A stretch of 28,543 bases of DNA from Ignavibacteria bacterium (lineage in GTDB: Bacteria > Bacteroidota > Ignavibacteria > Tepidaquicellales > Tepidaquicellaceae), in NCBI GenBank assembly GCA_041653855.1, contig JBAZEQ010000001.1, positions 1 through 28,543 of the forward strand, read 5' to 3'. A model generated the notes under the pieces. That model was not told where the DNA came from. It saw nothing but the letters and a program-made list of their open reading frames with translations, and did no database searches. How positions within the stretch are numbered: the stretch's first letter is position 1; each line of letters begins with the position of its first letter. The position numbers and the translations under genes were made by a program. This document shows positions 1 through 8,789 of the stretch, in pieces.

Positions 1-339
1 GGTTTAATATACCATTTTGATTTTGGTACAGGTACACGATTAAGCAAAAAACAGGCAGTATCACAAAAAAGAATGAATAGAATTAAAGGACATCCCGATT
101 TTATACTGTATTACAAGAATAATTCAAATTGGAGTGGATTGGTATTAGAGATTAAAAGGTATGGAGAAAGAATATTCAAAAAAGACGGTAAAACTTATGC
201 AAGTGAACACATCAAGGAACAGGCAGAATATTTAGATAAATTATTTAAGCAGGGATTCAAAACATATTTTGCAATAGGTTATAAAGATTGTATAGAAAAA
301 ATTGTAGAATATGTATGGAGTGGCGTATTAACGAAATGA
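1..339 (+). CDS. VRR-NUC / PD-(D/E)xK nuclease (5'-truncated by window edge)
   Basis: Frame is open from base 1 (GLIYHFDFGTGTRL...). It carries GHPDF...LVLEIK (PD...ExK) and a C-terminal EQAEYLDKL..QGFKTYFAIG segment typical of phage VRR-NUC proteins. Confidence 0.75.
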   Translation, partial: GLIYHFDFGTGTRLSKKQAVSQKRMNRIKGHPDFILYYKNNSNWSGLVLEIKRYGERIFKKDGKTYASEHIKEQAEYLDKLFKQGFKTYFAIGYKDCIEKIVEYVWSGVLTK

Positions 340-470
340 TTGACTTATTAAAATACATATTATTCGGATTGCTTATTATAATTCAAATCAAACAATTTAA
401 AAGAAGAAGAAAAAATGCAAAGAGACAATACAGGTATAAGTCAGACCTGTCCACTGATAGACAAAGTTAA
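336..470 (+). CDS. small putative membrane protein (44 aa)
   Basis: ATG at 336 overlaps the upstream TGA (ATGA). MIDLLKYILFGLLIIIQI is hydrophobic and is followed by basic KRRRK. The C-terminal half overlaps the next ORF. Confidence 0.4.
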   Translation: MIDLLKYILFGLLIIIQIKQFKRRRKNAKRQYRYKSDLSTDRQS

Positions 471-762
471 AGATTTTATAGAATCGGAAACGATTGAAGA
501 TGTAAATATAAGTGGAATTCTCGATACGTTGGAAGAAATAAGAACGATGAATACACAACTTAGAGACATTGCTTGTACAAATATAACTAAAGTTGCAGAA
601 TTAGAAAACGATGTTGAAAACAAAGATGATGAAATCAAAAGATTAGAAAGCGATAACAAGGAATATCAAGAGGAGATTAAAAAACTTGAAAGCAAAATTG
701 AAGAACTCGAAAACAAAATATATGAAGAAGAATGTAAATTTGAAGAATTTGAAAACAAATAA
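415..762 (+). CDS. hypothetical coiled-coil protein
   Basis: 115-aa ORF with an N-terminal TCPLID motif and an acidic heptad-rich C-terminus. Confidence 0.7.
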   Translation: MQRDNTGISQTCPLIDKVKDFIESETIEDVNISGILDTLEEIRTMNTQLRDIACTNITKVAELENDVENKDDEIKRLESDNKEYQEEIKKLESKIEELENKIYEEECKFEEFENK

Positions 763-774
763 AAAACAAAACAA

Positions 775-1539
775 ATGGAGAAAAATAAATTAGACAAACA
801 AGATTTAAGATTTGCAGTTTTAAAGTTGCCCAAAAGACTGAAAGAAATTATGATGTCGGAGATATGGGCAGGGAAAATATTTGTCGCTGGTGGATATATG
901 AGAGCAATTGTATCGAGAGAACCATTAAATGATATAGATTTATTCGTAGGTAGCAAAGAAACAGCTAAAATATTATCAGAGCAACTCGCAGAAAGACCTA
1001 CGGATATATACGAAACCGATAATGCCTACACTATAAAAGGGAAAATCCCTTTGCAGGTTATTCACAGATGGGTATTTGATAAACCCGAAGATATAAGCAA
1101 TAGTTTTGACTTTACAATATGTTGTGCGGTTATCTATTGTGAAAGAGTTAGAAACTCTATTATTAGCAGTAATGAAGAACATAAATTTGATTACAAATGG
1201 GATTCGTATTGTGATGAGTTGTTTTATGTTGATTTAGCAAATAAAAGATTAAGATACAGATGCCCGGTAAGAAACGAAGATGCAGGTGGGAGTATGTTAA
1301 GGGTCTTAAAATATTATCAGCGTGGTTATAGAATACCTCTTGACTCACTTGGTAATGTAATGGCAAGGATGATTAAAGAAATAGAATTTGGGAGATTTGC
1401 TTTCAACCCACCAACCCAAAAAGATGAAAAGGAAATCGGCAAAATAATGACAGGATTATTACGTGTAGTTGACCCACTTATTGACCCGACACGAGAAGCA
1501 CATTTACCATCAATTAACGATGATGATAATAATGAGTAA
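775..1539 (+). CDS. Pol-beta superfamily nucleotidyltransferase, CCA-adding/poly(A) polymerase head-domain-like
   Basis: FVAGGYMR...NDIDLF (GGxxR plus DxD) and SFDFTICC (resembles the class II RRDFTIN motif). No HD domain. Confidence 0.75.
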   Translation: MEKNKLDKQDLRFAVLKLPKRLKEIMMSEIWAGKIFVAGGYMRAIVSREPLNDIDLFVGSKETAKILSEQLAERPTDIYETDNAYTIKGKIPLQVIHRWVFDKPEDISNSFDFTICCAVIYCERVRNSIISSNEEHKFDYKWDSYCDELFYVDLANKRLRYRCPVRNEDAGGSMLRVLKYYQRGYRIPLDSLGNVMARMIKEIEFGRFAFNPPTQKDEKEIGKIMTGLLRVVDPLIDPTREAHLPSINDDDNNE

Positions 1540-1966
1540 ACTAATTCCCATAAAATCCTTTGAATATTATTTTGCTGAGATTACCGAACTTCAGGAAAAG
1601 ATGCAGAGCGAAATAGTAATAATAAACCGGGAAGTTCACGCTGAAAAAGATTTATCTACACTTCGCAACAGATTAGAAATGCTGAATGCTTACAAGTGCA
1701 GATTAAGTTATTTAACTCCATTTGTGCATATACACTATGATATAAAGCTGAAAGAAGTTACAATTGAAGTTCACAAAAAGCTAAGAAAAAACAAAAGTGC
1801 AGCTTACGTAAAAGGATTAATAACAGGAGATATGAGCGATTATAATTATTTAGTAAATGTAACAGAAAGATTAAGTTCACAAATAGAACTACTGAGTAGA
1901 ACAACAATAACAGAAGTTTCTTCATTAACAAAAGAACTACAAACAACAATGATAAATGTTAGATAA
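1532..1966 (+). CDS. hypothetical helical protein (faint UvsY-like character)
   Basis: Likely start is ATG 1532 (MSKLIP), overlapping the upstream stop. All-helical, about 144 aa, in the recombination block. The UvsY resemblance is weak. Confidence 0.55.
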   Translation: MSKLIPIKSFEYYFAEITELQEKMQSEIVIINREVHAEKDLSTLRNRLEMLNAYKCRLSYLTPFVHIHYDIKLKEVTIEVHKKLRKNKSAAYVKGLITGDMSDYNYLVNVTERLSSQIELLSRTTITEVSSLTKELQTTMINVR

Positions 1967-2255
1967 GAAAGAAATACCGGACAAAATAAAGAAGCATTTT
2001 AAACAAAAATATTTTAATAAATATTATAAAAGGACTATGAATACAGTGGCAAAAGTTAGTGAAAATCCTAAAAAAAATAATGTAATTAAAATTACCGAAG
2101 GTACAGATACATATTATTATTCCTTGAAAAGTATTCCGAACACATTTAAAGTACCTTCGGTAGAAAATGCAGACCGGATGCCTGAGAAAGTTGCAAACAC
2201 AATGTCAAAATATTTAACTATGTTACAGGTAGAAAACGAGATAATTGCATTATGA
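1956..2255 (+). CDS. hypothetical protein
   Basis: 99-aa ORF overlapping the upstream gene end. Confidence 0.6.
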   Translation: MLDKKEIPDKIKKHFKQKYFNKYYKRTMNTVAKVSENPKKNNVIKITEGTDTYYYSLKSIPNTFKVPSVENADRMPEKVANTMSKYLTMLQVENEIIAL

Positions 2256-2358
2256 CTAAGCAGATAATTATAAGTTCACACAAAAATTACACTATATACT
2301 ATTATAGAATACGAAATTATTTAATTGATATTTTTTTAAACTAAAACAGAGGTATAAA

Positions 2359-2937
2359 ATGAAAGAAAGAAACGTAGATTATCCGGGCAAAGTTCACAAT
2401 TTTGTTTTTGTTAAGGATTTAAATAAGAACGAAGCACTTTATAAATGTAAGGATTGTGGATTAGAAGGTGTGAGATTTCAACAAAGTAAATCCCTTATTG
2501 TTGTATTGAATAAAAAGAATAAAGGATTAATAGATGTTTGTAAGAAAGATAAAAAAGAAGAATCCCCACAAGTATCAAAAGGGAGTGAATACTTACGATA
2601 TGATTTTTCTACCGAAGAATTATCGGGGATAGCAAAAGAACTCGCACAGGAGAACCTTAAACTTGAAAAAGTTAAACTCGAAAAGAAAAGTGCAGATGCA
2701 GATTTTACAAACAAAATCAAAGCATCAGAATTAAGCATTTCGCAAAATTCTCAAAAACTAAATTCGGGATGGGAAATGAGAAATGTTGATACAGAAACAA
2801 CATATAATTACCCGGAAGAAGGTATGAAAACAAAGCAACGTATGGACACAGGGGAAAAATTCACTGCCGAAAAGATGAAAGATGAAGATTTTAAATTGTT
2901 TTACGATGAAAATAAAGAGGAATCCGGGAAGAAATAA
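2359..2937 (+). CDS. hypothetical protein with N-terminal CxxC and central coiled coil
   Basis: SD-like GAGGT upstream, YKCKDCG motif, and stop overlapping the helicase ATG (TAATG). Confidence 0.7.
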   Translation: MKERNVDYPGKVHNFVFVKDLNKNEALYKCKDCGLEGVRFQQSKSLIVVLNKKNKGLIDVCKKDKKEESPQVSKGSEYLRYDFSTEELSGIAKELAQENLKLEKVKLEKKSADADFTNKIKASELSISQNSQKLNSGWEMRNVDTETTYNYPEEGMKTKQRMDTGEKFTAEKMKDEDFKLFYDENKEESGKK

Positions 2938-5900
2938 TGCAGATAATCCCTCGATATTATCAGGAGAAAGCGGTAAGACAGGGCAAATGGTACTTTGAAA
3001 ATTATCATAAACCATTTGTCCTGGTACTTCCGACAGGATGTCATACCGCAGGATATCCAATATTAACCTACGATGGTAAGTTTATTAACGTAGAAGATAT
3101 TAAAAAAGGAGATTTACTTATCGGTAGAGATAGCACTCCAAGAAAAGTATTAATGATAATAAGCGGAAAAGGTAAAATTTATAGAATAACCACTATAAAA
3201 GGTGAAAGTTTTGAAGTAAACGAAAATCACATATTGCATCTTGAAAGAACAAACACAAGGACAAACAGAAAACAGGATTATAAAGAAGAAGAATTAAATG
3301 TATCAGTTAAAGATTATCTTGAATTTCCGAAAAGCAAAAAGCACGTTTACAAATTAGTAAAAACAGGCGTTCAATTTCATTATGTAAATGAAGAAGGATT
3401 ATTCCTTAATAATACAGTATTAGAACCATATTATTTGGGTTTGTGGTTAGGGGATGGTGATAGTAGAAATCCTTCCATAACAAATATTGATAAAGAAATT
3501 ATAGATTACATTAAAGATTTTTGCGAAAAAAATAAATTAAAATTTAACTATAAAGCTGATAAAAGATGTAGCATAGCAGGGACAACGAAAATACCAAGAA
3601 AAGAAAAAAACTTTAACATTTGTTGGCATATTTTAAATAAATATAATTTATTGTTAAATAAACATATTCCACGCAAATATTTATGTGCAAGTAAAGAAGA
3701 ACGATACTCTTTGTTGGCAGGGTTAATTGATAGCGATGGACACCTTGATAAAATAAAAAATTGTTACGAAATAACATTTAAAGATTATATATTAGCAAAA
3801 GACGTTCAAAGATTATGCTTAAGTTTAGGACTATATGCAAGTTTTAATGAAAAGAATTTTATATTTCGGGGTAAACCATACAAAGCATATAGAATGAGTG
3901 TGTCAGGTTTTGGACAAGAAAAAATACCGTGTAAAGTAGAGCGTAAAAAAGCAAGACCACGACTACAAATAAAAAATCCGTTACGTTTTGGTTTTAAAGT
4001 AGAATATCAAAGAGAAGATTATTATTACGGTTTTGTGTTAGACGGAGATAATCTATATGTTGATGGGAATTTCTTCATACAACACAACTCAGGCAAATCA
4101 GTCTGTATATCCGAACTATGCCATCAACTCGATGAACCGATACTTATACTACAACCAACGCAGGAGATACTCGAACAAAACTATCAGAAACTACAAAACT
4201 ACGGAATAACCGATATAGGAATATACTCAGCAAGTTTCAAAAGAAAAGAAGTAGAAAAGTTTACTTATGCAACAATAGGCAGTATTTACCGGAAACCTGA
4301 GTTATTCAAACACTTCAAAAAAGTGATAATTGATGAATGTGATTTGGTTAATCCGAAGAACATTAAAGGGATGTATAACAAGTTTTTCAAAGCAATTGAC
4401 TGTAAAGATATTTGTGGACTGACAGCAACTCCATACAGAATGATGCAGAAATTTTTTAAAGAAGGAGAGGATTTATTTTATACATCATCACTTCAAACAA
4501 TTACAAGGATTCATCCCTTCTTCTTTAAAAAAATAGCATACGAGATTTCTATAAAAGAGTTAATGGAAAAAGAATATTTGGCTAAACTCGATTACAGGTA
4601 CTATAAAGATTTTGATACAAGTAAAATAAAGATAAATACAACAGGTGGTGACTATGATGCTGAGGATTTAGAAAGATTTTGGGATGATGAAAGACTGAAA
4701 AAAATGTCAAAAGTGATTTATGATATTGATAAAGAGTGCAATTACAATTTAATATTTTGCAGTTCAATTCGACAGGCAAGTGCAGGATGCGAAATGTTGA
4801 GAGCGATGGGATTAAATGCAGAATACATTACGAGTAAACACAACAATAAAGACCGGGAAAGAATAATAAACGATTTCAGGAACGGAAAAATAAAACATCT
4901 ATTAAACGTTAATGTAATGAGTTGTTTATCAGAAGATACTGAATTACTAACAAAAGACGGTTGGGTAAATCACAATAATATTTCAGACAATTCTTTAGTA
5001 GCACAATATGAAGAAGGTGATATAACATTTGATAAACCTCTTGCCATAATCCGAAAAGATATTAAAAACGAATCTATGATAGAGATTAATGGAAGGTATA
5101 TGTCTTTTTGCGTTACAAAAGACCACGATATGTTAATTAAAAAATATAAATATAGTCCATATTATTATAAAACAAAAGCAACAAACATTATAGATAAAAA
5201 AATTACAGTCCCGGTATCGGGATATGCAGAACCATTTATACTTAAAGTTAAACAAGAAACACTACCAAACAGGGGTAGATTTATTGCCACAAACAAGTAT
5301 AACTATAAAAAGAAATATACAGAAGAAAAAGCAAAATTATTAGCAGAAGAATTATATAACAGAAAAATATCTTTGTGGTATAAAGAAACTGCTGAATTAA
5401 CATTAAACGATTGTATGTTTATAGGTTTTTTCTTGGGTGATGGGAGTAGGTATAAAGTAAACGCAGGTGAAGAAAGATTTACTTTATGCCAATCGTTAGG
5501 TACTCCGAATATGATAAAATGGATTGAAAGACTTTTAAAAGAATGTGAAATAGATTATCACAAAAAGGATTACCCACCTCAGAAAATTAAGATAAACAGC
5601 AAAGTAACAATGAGTAAAGGATTTAGAAGATATATATTGTGCAAAGGTACAGGGGGACACGGACAAACAAAAAATGGAATATATAAATATCTACCATATC
5701 TAAAAAAGAAAGGGACAAAATTATTTTGGGGACTTAATATAGCACAATACTATTCTTTAATGACCGGATTATGGAAAGCAGACGGTGTTCATAAAGATAA
5801 TAACGTTTATAACGGTGGTTGTATCATTGGACAATATAAGGAGTTGTTTGATTTATTACAGGCAATTGGAGTATGCAGGGGATTTAAAGTAACGATTAGC

Positions 5901-7454
5901 GAAGTAAAGAAAAGGGAATTTAACAAAAAACAATTATACAATATCTCTTTGTCTAATAAACAAAATTACCAAATAACAAATGATAAAGCAAAACTAACAG
6001 AAGAAAAACAAATTACAAATGTATGGTGTGTAAATATGCCAAAAGGAACAATTATAACAAGAAGAAATGGGAGAGTGGTTGTGTTGGGTAATTGTGGATT
6101 TGACTTTCCGCAACTTGACAGCATCACACTTGCAAGACCTACGATAAGTTTAAGATTATATTATCAGCAATGCCTTGATGTGCATACCGAAATATTAACA
6201 GGCAGAGGTTTTCTTAAATATAATGAAATTACAGAATTTGACAAATCGGCAAGTTACAATATTGAAACAGGGGAAATAAAATGGGAAAACATAGAAGAAA
6301 TAATTGAAAGACCTTTACAGAAAAACGAATATATTTGTGGTGCGACCAATAATTTTCTTGACTTTAGAGTAACTAATCAACATAATTTAATTTATAAATC
6401 AAGAAGGGCTAAATTATATCGAAAAGATAAAGCAGAAAATATATTTAAGTATAAAGATATGATTTATTTACCTGTTTGTGGTGAAGAAAAAGCAAGAGGG
6501 TCTAATTTGACAGATGACGAAATAAGATTTTTAGGTTGGTTTTTATCAGATGGGAATTTAAACAAAAAAACAAAGGGGATTACCATTGTTCAATCGTTAG
6601 TACATAAAGAGTATATAAAAGAAATAAGGAGAGTATTAAATAGTTGTGGGATGAAATTTGGGGAAACAAGGTGCAAAAGAAAAGGTGATTTAGCAAAATA
6701 CCAAGATTGCATTCATTTTTATATTTCCTATGGAAATCCAAGAGGTACAGAAAAAGATAAAAGAGGTTGGGCTTATTTAGAACCATATATTAATAAAAAT
6801 ATGAGTAATGAATATTTTAGAATGACAAGAGAACAAGTAAAAATATTAATTAGTGCTATATTTTTGGGTGATGGATTTAAGAAAAAAACAATTGATTATA
6901 ACTCAAAAACTATATCAATTATAACCGGGAATAACAAAATATATACAGATAACTTACAAGCACTATTAATTACGAGAGGTTTTAGATGTAATGTAAGTTT
7001 ATCCCGAAATTGGTACATACTTTACATAAAAGATGTTAAGCATAGTACAATACCCGGCTATAATGTTAAAAATAATGTCATAAAGAAAAAAGCAATAAAT
7101 AGAGTTAGGTTTAAAAATTACGGTTATAAAGAGTGTATGGTTTGGTGTATTCGCAACGAAACAGGTACTATCGTTACAAGGAGAAACGGAAAAGTTTTAA
7201 TAATGGGTAATTGTGGGAGAGGCATAAGACCATACACATATAAAGACGGAACACAGAAAAAGTGCAAAGTCATTGATTTAACAAACAACGTAAAAAAATT
7301 AGGCAGAATAGAAACGATTGAACTTGCAAAAGAAGATGGATATAAGGACATAGTAAAATCGGAAGTAGGAATAATAACCGGGAAACCGTTATTTACTTTC
7401 AAGATAAAAGACGAAGAAAAAAAACAAAAATATTTAGAAAATGTAAATGTATAA
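2937..7454 (+). CDS. SF2 DEAD/DEAH-box (RadD/UvsW-like) helicase precursor containing three inteins
   Basis: In-silico splicing gives 418 aa: Q motif PRYYQ, Walker A LPTG|SGKS, IIDECD, GLTATP, motif V NVNVMS|CGFDFP, motif VI YYQQ|CGRGIR. Confidence 0.92.
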   Translation: MQIIPRYYQEKAVRQGKWYFENYHKPFVLVLPTGCHTAGYPILTYDGKFINVEDIKKGDLLIGRDSTPRKVLMIISGKGKIYRITTIKGESFEVNENHILHLERTNTRTNRKQDYKEEELNVSVKDYLEFPKSKKHVYKLVKTGVQFHYVNEEGLFLNNTVLEPYYLGLWLGDGDSRNPSITNIDKEIIDYIKDFCEKNKLKFNYKADKRCSIAGTTKIPRKEKNFNICWHILNKYNLLLNKHIPRKYLCASKEERYSLLAGLIDSDGHLDKIKNCYEITFKDYILAKDVQRLCLSLGLYASFNEKNFIFRGKPYKAYRMSVSGFGQEKIPCKVERKKARPRLQIKNPLRFGFKVEYQREDYYYGFVLDGDNLYVDGNFFIQHNSGKSVCISELCHQLDEPILILQPTQEILEQNYQKLQNYGITDIGIYSASFKRKEVEKFTYATIGSIYRKPELFKHFKKVIIDECDLVNPKNIKGMYNKFFKAIDCKDICGLTATPYRMMQKFFKEGEDLFYTSSLQTITRIHPFFFKKIAYEISIKELMEKEYLAKLDYRYYKDFDTSKIKINTTGGDYDAEDLERFWDDERLKKMSKVIYDIDKECNYNLIFCSSIRQASAGCEMLRAMGLNAEYITSKHNNKDRERIINDFRNGKIKHLLNVNVMSCLSEDTELLTKDGWVNHNNISDNSLVAQYEEGDITFDKPLAIIRKDIKNESMIEINGRYMSFCVTKDHDMLIKKYKYSPYYYKTKATNIIDKKITVPVSGYAEPFILKVKQETLPNRGRFIATNKYNYKKKYTEEKAKLLAEELYNRKISLWYKETAELTLNDCMFIGFFLGDGSRYKVNAGEERFTLCQSLGTPNMIKWIERLLKECEIDYHKKDYPPQKIKINSKVTMSKGFRRYILCKGTGGHGQTKNGIYKYLPYLKKKGTKLFWGLNIAQYYSLMTGLWKADGVHKDNNVYNGGCIIGQYKELFDLLQAIGVCRGFKVTISEVKKREFNKKQLYNISLSNKQNYQITNDKAKLTEEKQITNVWCVNMPKGTIITRRNGRVVVLGNCGFDFPQLDSITLARPTISLRLYYQQCLDVHTEILTGRGFLKYNEITEFDKSASYNIETGEIKWENIEEIIERPLQKNEYICGATNNFLDFRVTNQHNLIYKSRRAKLYRKDKAENIFKYKDMIYLPVCGEEKARGSNLTDDEIRFLGWFLSDGNLNKKTKGITIVQSLVHKEYIKEIRRVLNSCGMKFGETRCKRKGDLAKYQDCIHFYISYGNPRGTEKDKRGWAYLEPYINKNMSNEYFRMTREQVKILISAIFLGDGFKKKTIDYNSKTISIITGNNKIYTDNLQALLITRGFRCNVSLSRNWYILYIKDVKHSTIPGYNVKNNVIKKKAINRVRFKNYGYKECMVWCIRNETGTIVTRRNGKVLIMGNCGRGIRPYTYKDGTQKKCKVIDLTNNVKKLGRIETIELAKEDGYKDIVKSEVGIITGKPLFTFKIKDEEKKQKYLENVNV
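3039..4088 (+). mobile_element. intein 1 (350 aa) with LAGLIDADG homing endonuclease, inserted in Walker A
   Basis: Starts CHTAGYPILTYDG, block B VNENHIL, LGLWLGDG and LAGLIDSDG motifs, ends FFIQHN, +1 Ser. Confidence 0.92.
4923..6092 (+). mobile_element. intein 2 (390 aa) with LAGLIDADG-type endonuclease, inserted in helicase motif V
   Basis: Starts CLSEDTELLTKDGW, block B VTKDHDM, IGFFLGDG and TGLWKADG motifs, ends VVVLGN, +1 Cys. Confidence 0.9.
6171..7211 (+). mobile_element. intein 3 (347 aa) with LAGLIDADG-type endonuclease, inserted in helicase motif VI
   Basis: Starts CLDVHTEILTGRGF, block B VTNQHNL, LGWFLSDG and AIFLGDG motifs, ends VLIMGN, +1 Cys. Confidence 0.9.
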
Positions 7455-7457
7455 AAA

Positions 7458-7883
7458 ATGTTAATAAAAATTTTAGAAATAAAAGAGACCGAAGAAGAAG
7501 TTAGAAAAGATATACCGTTTATTGCAAGAGTAAAAAATCAATTCAGCAATGACACAGTTATATTTTTTGGTGATGAAAGACCCTTGGATTGTAGCAATGT
7601 TATAAAAGAAGAAGCAGAAATAAAAAGGTTAAGAAAACATACTAAATCAGGAGCATTTAAAGAGTTAAGATATGTAGTATTCGGAGACAAAGAGTTGTTT
7701 AATCTTTTGCAAGAAGCATACCAAAACGATGCCGAAATAAAAGCAAACGCATCACTCAGAGAAGAAAAACTTAAAATGGGATTAATCAGAGAGCGTATGT
7801 ATGATTGGTTTAAAAGTTTGAAATGGTATGAGAGGTTATTTTACCCATTATTAAAAAATAAATTTAGCAATATTAAATTTTAA
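7458..7883 (+). CDS. hypothetical protein
   Basis: 141-aa ORF starting 3 nt after the helicase stop. Confidence 0.65.
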   Translation: MLIKILEIKETEEEVRKDIPFIARVKNQFSNDTVIFFGDERPLDCSNVIKEEAEIKRLRKHTKSGAFKELRYVVFGDKELFNLLQEAYQNDAEIKANASLREEKLKMGLIRERMYDWFKSLKWYERLFYPLLKNKFSNIKF

Positions 7884-7887
7884 AGCT

Positions 7888-8535
7888 ATGAATAACGAAA
7901 AATTTTTATTTGATATGTTTTGCAATCCCGAACTCGGGAGCGATACAGGGAAAGCAGTTCTCATAGAACCATACGGAATTGTTTATAAAGAGAATATATT
8001 TATTGTAGCAACAGATAGATTTACTTTACTGAAAGTTCCGGTAGAACTCACAACACAAAATAGAACTTACAAAACCTTTGCAGGGGATGATTTCAAGAAT
8101 GTTCTCGATAAAGTTGTTTATAACGTTAATATACCACTCAAAACAGATTTAATAAAAGATGTATTAGACAAACTTCCGAAAACAGATATAGAAGATTGTC
8201 CGGTATGCAAAGGTGAAGGGTTAGTAAGCACAAAAATAATAGATGAAGAAGTTGTTTGTGAGAAGTGTAATGGTGATGGGCATATTCACTTAGAAAAAGG
8301 TGCAGAAAAACCGGACTATCGAGTAAGAATAAAACTATTAGAAGCAGTATTTCAGGCAAGATATTTAAAAAGGTTATATGATGTTACGGAGATATTCAAG
8401 ACCGATGAAATAATAATAACAGCAAATCACAGCAATACAGCAAATGCCTTCTCAGTTTTACAGCACATTGAAGTAATACTGATGCCTGTAAGACAGGGTG
8501 AAGGAATGGAAATAGAATCGGAAATTAAAATATAA
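7888..8535 (+). CDS. DNA polymerase sliding (beta) clamp-like protein with DnaJ-type Zn finger insertion
   Basis: IVATDRFTL resembles the beta-clamp VATDGHRL. FQARYL...VILMP resembles the clamp C-terminal FNxxYL...MP. CPVCKGEG and CEKCNGDG are two CxxCxGxG repeats. Confidence 0.55.
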   Translation: MNNEKFLFDMFCNPELGSDTGKAVLIEPYGIVYKENIFIVATDRFTLLKVPVELTTQNRTYKTFAGDDFKNVLDKVVYNVNIPLKTDLIKDVLDKLPKTDIEDCPVCKGEGLVSTKIIDEEVVCEKCNGDGHIHLEKGAEKPDYRVRIKLLEAVFQARYLKRLYDVTEIFKTDEIIITANHSNTANAFSVLQHIEVILMPVRQGEGMEIESEIKI

Positions 8536-8539
8536 AAAT

Positions 8540-8770
8540 ATGGCAATAACGGTTAAAGAAATAATTAGAAAAATAAGTTATATCTCAAAGTATTATTCAG
8601 CGTGTAGAAAAGAGCATTGTCAAGTGGGTTGGTGGATAAGGCAAATTCACGTAAATCCGTCTATATTATCAAAACTTAAAATACGCATTATGTTAAGAAT
8701 TTTAAGCAAATATAATATATATGTAACAAGAGAAAAAGGAATAAGTTCTTATATGTCCGTAAATCAATAA
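8540..8770 (+). CDS. hypothetical basic protein
   Basis: 76-aa ORF tightly packed between neighbours. Confidence 0.5.
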   Translation: MAITVKEIIRKISYISKYYSACRKEHCQVGWWIRQIHVNPSILSKLKIRIMLRILSKYNIYVTREKGISSYMSVNQ

Positions 8771-8789
8771 AAAATGAAAATAAAAAAAT

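Noticed and set aside
2270-2285. AAGTTCACAC shared with leader 2 (about 23066-23075)
   Set aside because: A single 10-mer match without flanking pairing or promoter context is plausible by chance.
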